From: Calcarisporiella thermophila CBS 279.70
Taxonomy: Eukaryota > Fungi > Calcarisporiellomycota
DNA: 64,000 nucleotides
Direction: 5' to 3'
Assembly: GCF_041956535.1 (NCBI RefSeq)
Contig: NW_027192205.1
Location: 462,900-526,899, forward strand
Position 1 is the first letter of the stretch. Each line of letters begins with the position of its first letter. The notes under the pieces are model-generated. The model saw only the letters and a program-made list of their open reading frames with translations. It was not told where the DNA came from and made no database searches. Shown in pieces: positions 57,733 through 64,000 of the stretch. The position numbers and the translations under genes are program-made.

Positions 57733-59761
57733 TCATGGCTGGTCTCCCGTCACAAACTCAAACCCGCTCTCATCCTCTACGGGCATATTCATCCCTATCT
57801 GCGAGATGTCTCCAGTGAAGGACTCGAACTCCTCCATGGTGATTTCGTTTTCCATATTGGCGTTGGCGTGATGGTCGTCCCCACTGGGGTCGGTCACCAC
57901 GGACTCCAGCAGGTCAAGGCCCTTCGGCTGCGGCTCGGGCGACTCGGGTAAGTCTAGCTCCACCATGGTCACCGCGCCTCGCCGCTCGATTCGCATGCCC
58001 ATTTGAAGCTCGATTCGTTTCTGGAGGGCATCCAGCTCCTACACCACAGGTTAGCTTCCACTCCAAGTACTCAAATAAACACGCTTTCTGAACACACACC
58101 TCCATGGTTTTGCAGTCCTTTAATTCTCGAAGTCCCTTGTAGAGAACCTCGGCACTTCGCTTGGACTCCTCCATGCGTTTTGCGTGGCCGGCTTTCATGG
58201 CCTCTACATCTTCTTCTATCTTTGCCTAAAAAAAAAACTCCCATCAGCATGGAGAGGGGGGAAGGGCGAAAACGTGTATATGAAAATTCGAGACCTTGAG
58301 CTCCTTTGCCTTTTCCCCTTTGGACGCCGTCAAGTTCAAGGAGACCGGGATAAGGCGGCCTAGTAAGGTCATTAGATGAAAAAATAAGAACCCGCAGCAG
58401 GATTCAATGGGAAATCTGCTTACTGGCATTGTAGGGCGTGAAAATCTCCGACATATAGTCGTGATTCCGCTTGTAACGTGCCATGGCCAACTCGCGGAAG
58501 GAGATGTGATCTAACTCATCTAAAGGGAAAACGCCAATGTCCAGGTTGAAGTAGACAAAATGCATCCAGGGGTGGATCAATTACCTCCGGAGGGTTCCTC
58601 AGCCTCTTCGGTGGGCGCGTGTGGGACTCTTGCAACTTGCTGCTAGAGTGAGATGGAAGCCAGTTAGTATTGACAAGTCATGGAAACATCTTTGAAGAGA
58701 CGAACCGGATTTTGTATCTGCTTTTTGGGCGAGGCTCGAGGGGGGCTATGCTGCGGGAATCCGTGTGCAACGGGCATCTGCGCAGGGGGCCGGATAAAGC
58801 CGTGCTGCGAAGGCATCTGGAACGGTCGCTGCCCGTGGGGAGTCGCATTCGAGATGGGGGCATTGACGACGTGATAGGAAGGAAGTGCGCCACCCGTGAG
58901 GAAGGGATTGCTAGGTTGAGTGCTAATTTGAGGGAGTGGATATCGGCGCGGCGCAGGTCGAGCCACCGTTGAGTCAGCAGGAATACGAGCTTTGTCCACA
59001 GGGAGGAAACTCGATTAATTTTTTAGAGCCAGGACAGAGATTTGCCAGCCCTACTCACCATTTTGATCCATCCGTTTGTAATATAAAATCTCTAGTTGCT
59101 GCTCTCCTGGCGAGAGTAGGCGAAACCTTGTTCGCACCATCGAAGTGTATTGTTCTTGAGGGCGAAAACCATGCATGCGGGTTGACACGCGCAGGACCTG
59201 AATATCCGAGAGAGGGGAGGGGGGGGGGGAGAGGAGAGGAGGAGGAGGAGGAGGAGGAGGAGGAGGGAAGGGGAAAAAAGAAGGTGGACATTTATTAATA
59301 CGCGTTGACTTCACCCATCATACCAGTAGACATAAAAAAAACCTACTCTGCCATCTTGTAACGTCACGTTCGAATGTCGCTCCTCAGACATGTACTGAAG
59401 CCTACGCAACTTGAATATAAATAATTCTGCGCCTCCTCAGGGCATAACCATTGCGTCGGACTTACCCATCGTGGGGATATTGATCATCGGATGCAGTCAC
59501 GTAGACAAGATAAATCTGACCATCCACTAATTTAGATCGGGGTTGGTAAAAGAATCAACAAGAGAGCTAGCTACGGATCCATTTACCCTCGTGCTTGTCA
59601 ATATACGACCAGGCAAATTGCAGCTGTGATTTCAGACTAGAGGCCTTGGTGAGCAGGTTCGCGGCCACTTCCGGACTAAGCTGGTCGGCCGCAGGGTACA
59701 TGAACGTCGCGCGTAGGAAGAGCTCCGAACGCAGATCGGTCGGAGGACCCGGGTGCATCAT
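57733..59761 (-). CDS. SSR4: SWI/SNF and RSC complex subunit Ssr4
   Basis: N-terminal domain FAWSYID...DGQIYLV...YPHDG|LQY...GFRP.EQYTSMVRTRFRL. C-terminal motif DELDHISFRELAMARYKRNHDYMSEIF. Multi-exon. Confidence 0.82.
59211..59280 (+). repeat. Homopurine tract with poly-G and (GGA)n microsatellite
   Basis: 70 bp of uninterrupted purines inside an SSR4 intron ((CCT)n on the sense strand). Confidence 0.85.
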
Positions 59762-60018
59762 GGTCTGCTCTAGTATAGTCGGGCCGTGGGGCGGATTGGG
59801 GGGGTGGAGATGTCGACGATTTTATTGCAAAAACACCAAGACACTTAGAAAGACGGGGCGAAATAGTAACCTAACCTAACGCGAAGCCTCAATTAACGTC
59901 ATCAAAATAACAAACAACAATGCAAAATTTTTTCTTTTACGCTAATCATCCTCTATACTCTACCCAGTTTTGTCGGGCATTCTCCGCGTCATTTTAAACA
60001 AAGAGAATAAGAGCGCGC

Positions 60019-63000
60019 ATGGCTCCTCCATTCTATTTGAAGCCTGAAAATACCCTGAAGCGCGCCGAAGGTAATGTTTCAATCTGGTCCCCCCATTTGG
60101 ACTTGTAGATCGGACCGCACGGCGGCCCCCCCATCTATGAGAAACGGAGTGTTTCCGGATTTGCGCAAGATCCTATGCTAATGCTGTCCATTCTACCACA
60201 GAGCTTATTGGTGTTGGCCAGGCCAGTGCCGCTCTTCAGCAGCTTCACGATATGCTCGTGTCAAAGCGAACGCGCTCCATGCAGATCACCACTCTTGAGC
60301 CGATGGTGCTGCGTTTTGTCGAGCTCTGCGTGGAGCAACGTAAGGGTAAGATGGTGAAAGAGGGCTTGCATCAGTACAAGAACGTGGCCCAAAACTCTAA
60401 TGTGGCGTCCATTGAGGTAACCTATTCTTGGATCATGATGAGCTATTTCATCTTGATATTAATTCCGATGTGTTCTGCTTCCTCGCTCCCTTCCCCTTTT
60501 CTCCTCCCCAACAGCTTGTTATCAAGAAGTTTGTTGAGCTCTCTGAAGCCAAAGTATCAGAGGCCCAAGCAAGAGCTGAGAAGATTACGCTAGACCAAAT
60601 TGAGGATCTTGAAGCAACCGAGACCCCTGAATCCATCCTCCTAAGCACCGTGAGCGGTGAGCAGACACGGGATCGTACCGATCGTGCAGTGGTCACCCCG
60701 TGGTTGAAGTTCCTGTGGGAGGCATACCGCACCGTACTCGATATCCTGCGAAATAATGACCGGTTGGAGATTTTATATCAGGCGACCGCCAACCAAGCAT
60801 TCCAGTTCTGCTTACGGTACTCCCGTAAGACCGAATTCCGCCGCCTTTGTGAACTGCTCCGCAATCATCTACAGAACATTGCCAAGTACTCGCACCAGCC
60901 TCACGCCATCAATCTCAATGACCCCGATTCACTGCAACGCCATCTCGAAACCCGGTTCAACCAGCTTAATGCCGCCGTCGACCTCGAACTGTGGCAGGAG
61001 GCTTTCCGCTCCGTCGAGGATATCCACAACCTACTCTCGATGTCCAAGCGACCGCCCAAGCCTGTGATGATGGCCAACTATTACGAGAAACTCGCCAAAA
61101 TCTTCATGGTGGGCGACAACTACCTCTTCCATGCTGCCGCATGGAATCGCTACTTCACCCTCGTGAAGGCGCAGAACAAGGGCTTGACTGAGGAGGAGCA
61201 GACGAGGTAGCCATCGATTTTTCCACCCGCTGTCTATTTCTTCCCCCCCCCCCTTTTTTTTTTCTGCTTTCGAGGCTAAATATTTTTTTTTTATTGCTTC
61301 TTTTTATCGTAGACTCGCCTCGCTTGTTCTCATTTCCGCACTGGCCATTCCCATTATTTCTACCAAGCAGCGCGCAAGCTACCTTGAATTCGACGAAAAC
61401 CAAAATCGGTCATTGCGTCTCGCTTCCCTGCTCGGCATGGTACGGGCGCCCACACGCAGTGGGTTGCTCAAGGAGGCGCTTGGCAAGAATATTCTCCGCA
61501 AGGTGCGTCCCGAAATCCGCGACCTTTACAACATCCTCGAAGTCCAGTTCCACCCTCTCTCTATCTGCAAGAAAATTGAGCCTATCATGGCCCAAATCGC
61601 TGCCGATCCCAGCCTTGAGCGCTACGTGAAGCCATTGCACCAGGTGATCCTCACCCGCCTATTGCAGCAGCTCTCCCAGGTGTACAGCACCGTCAAGCTC
61701 GAGTTCGTGATGAACCTTGCCCGCTTCCCATCCCATCCCCACGATGCCGCCGATATTGAGAAATTCATCATGAACGGGTGCAAAAAGGGCGAGCTGTCCA
61801 TCCGAATCAACCATGCGACCAAGAGTTTAACGTTTGAGACGGACCTCTTCGCCCCGCCGCGCGACACCGTCACCGACGGACCGAAGTTGCAGACGGAGCC
61901 TGCCGAGCTCATGCGCACCCAGCTCTCCCGCCTCTCCAAGTGCCTCCACAGCTCTCTGCACTTGATCGACCCCTCCGTCGTCGAGGCGAAACGGGAAGAA
62001 AAGCGCAGCGCCTTCCAGCGTGCGCTTGCCGGCGTCGAGGAGGAGCACCGGGCCTCGTTGGCTCGCAAGGCCATCATTGAACGCAAGAAGGAGCTGATGG
62101 AGACCCTGCTCATCCGCAAGGAGAAGGAGGAGGCACGCGAGAAAGCCCTTCGCATGCAGCAAGAGGCCGAGGCCGAGCGCCAGCGCCTTGCCGAGGAATC
62201 GAAGCGGCGTGAACTGGAGCGCCTGCGCCGTGAGCGCGAGGAGATCCAGCGTGCAGAAGCCCGCAAGCTTGCTGAGCAGCTGAAGGCAAAGAGTGGCGTC
62301 GAGCTCAACCTCGACCAGCTCGAGAACCTCGACACCGAAAATCTCGTCCGTATCCAGGTTGAGCAGCTGGCCAAGGAGAAGAGCGAGATCGAGCAGCGGT
62401 TGTCCGCAACAGCACGACGCATGGACCACATGGAGCGCGCCCTCCGGATGGAGGAAATTCCGCTGCTGGCTAAGGACTATGAGCGCCAGCGCAAGATGGA
62501 TCGCGCCTACCACACTGCCGCACAGAAGGCCGCGCTGGATGCCGCCCGGGCGAAGCACACCGAGGATATCAAGATCAAGAAGCGGATGCTCCGCATTCTG
62601 CCCGATTACCAGGAGTACCGCAAGCAGTGCGAGGCCAAGCGTCACGATGAGTTTGAGGCGCGCCGCAATGCGATGCAGAAGAAGATTGAGGAAGAGAAGC
62701 AGAAGCGCATCGAGCTGTTCCGTGCGCGCAAGGAGGAAGAGCGCAAACGCCGTGAGCTTGAAGAGAAGGCCCGCGCCCAGCAGGAGGAGGAGGAGAAGCG
62801 CCGGGCGGAGGAAGAGGCACGCTTGGAGCAGGAGCGCATGGAGCAAGAGGAGGCCAAACGCAAGGAATACGAGGAACGCAGACGCAAACTCGACGAAATT
62901 GCCCGTAAACAGGCTGAGCGTGAGCGCGCAGCCGAGGAGAAAATCCGGGAGTCCAAGGAGCGGCTGCTGCGGGAGCAAGAGGAGAGCCGCCGCGAGAGCG

Positions 63001-63398
63001 AGGCCGCCAAATCCGCCGGTACTCGATACGTACCGCCCTCCAAGCGGGCCACAGCCCCTGCAAGCGAGGGAGGAGCTTGGCGCCCAGGAGGGGCCACCGG
63101 CCGCCCATCGTGGCGTGATCGGGAAGCGGCCAGGGAGCGCGAGGCGCAGGAACGGGAGGAACCATCGTGGAGGCGGCCAGCCCCGGCACCGGCCCCGGCA
63201 CCGGAAGAAGCGGCTCCGAAACGGGAGGCTCCACTGCTGTTCAAGTCGCGCGCAGCTGAAGAAGGCGGCGGCTGGAGAGCACGGTTGGCCCGCAAGCAGC
63301 AGGAGCAGCAGCCTTCTGACTCACAGGCCAATGGTGGCGAGGAGGCGGCGGGAGATGACGGTTTCACTACCGTCAGGAGAAGTCGGGGCAAAAAGTAG
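60019..63398 (+). CDS. EIF3A: Eukaryotic translation initiation factor 3 subunit A
   Basis: [10 protein letters not shown]|ELIGVGQ...KEGLHQYKN...[27 protein letters not shown]...[16 protein letters not shown], then a PCI domain and an E/R/K coiled coil; four exons. Confidence 0.98.
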
Positions 63399-64000
63399 AG
63401 ACTTTCTTCCATTCATAAACTCTTTTTCTTTCGTTGACTCTATTTCCCCAACTATGATGAGAACCAAAAATTTTTTTATGAAGGGATTTTTATTATTATT
63501 TTAAGATGTGATATGCTAAGGAAAATTGTATTCGCCACAGAATAAAACCGGAATCTTCTATAGTTGTCTTATTTCCTATCGCATCTCCTCCAGCCTAGGT
63601 GATGTTCACGTTGGACGTGTTAACAGGGAAGGACAGTGATACACAAAGCTAGTTAGAATATATGACGAAAAAAATACAAATAAAAAAGCAACTTAACTGA
63701 AGGTAGACGAACGTGTGCTTCTGCTGCGTTGCAGAATTCAGGTTGACCCATTTTTACCAAATGAATCGATTCTCCGGCACGGGATCGTATTTTATTTTAT
63801 CTCCTATATACATAATATGTACATATATGATAAAATAAAAGTGCTATATTATATCACTATTGGGGGAATGGAGAGTTTATTATGTGGATTTTGAGAAGAA
63901 GCGGCAAGGAACAGCGTGTTCATTGCACCAATAATGAGGGCATTTGGATGTATATTGGTAGAGTTAGCTAGCTATTTGCTCTCATAAAGAAGGATATTTT

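Noticed and set aside
61622-63504. Long antisense and alternative-frame ORFs over eIF3a (also over the expansin-like, SIN1 and Grainyhead genes)
   Set aside because: Expected shadows of high-GC3, repetitive coding sequence; no independent motifs.
1-64000. Alternative genetic code, prokaryotic or viral insert, CRISPR array, tRNA/rRNA, intact transposase or reverse transcriptase
   Set aside because: Conserved genes translate cleanly in the standard code with spliceosomal introns, and I saw no such signatures by eye.

Overview
Gene-dense, intron-rich eukaryotic DNA in the standard genetic code with short GT-AG introns. The gene content (division-1 chitin synthases, Bni4-like, Ssr4 and Atg22 alongside RBM48, ZCCHC17, promethin and Grainyhead) points to a fungus, most likely an early-diverging lineage; this is inference and I cannot name the species. 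I reconstructed about 28 spliced or single-exon genes by hand. Housekeeping genes include eIF1A, SIN1/Avo1, CCC1/VIT1, ATG22, an S10 carboxypeptidase, ECM29, BST1/PGAP1, RPA3, RPS29, SSR4 and eIF3a. Cell-surface-related genes include an expansin-like DPBB protein, two tandem chitin synthases, a Bni4/Phactr-type PP1 regulator, a CAP protein, a Ser/Thr-rich GPI protein and a Grainyhead/CP2 factor. The most notable observations are: (1) a head-to-head ZCCHC17-RBM48 pair 107 bp apart, implying a minor (U12) spliceosome; (2) an orphan charged/Tyr-Gly/His block protein directly behind the tandem chitin synthases; (3) a Kex2-type prepro 10-Cys secreted peptide inside a decayed island; (4) a CAP gene broken by one frameshift; (5) a perfect 19-bp inverted repeat upstream of a P450. 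I found no tRNA, rRNA, CRISPR array or intact transposon. All family calls come from recalled motifs, not database searches. Coordinates of spliced genes run from start codon to stop codon.
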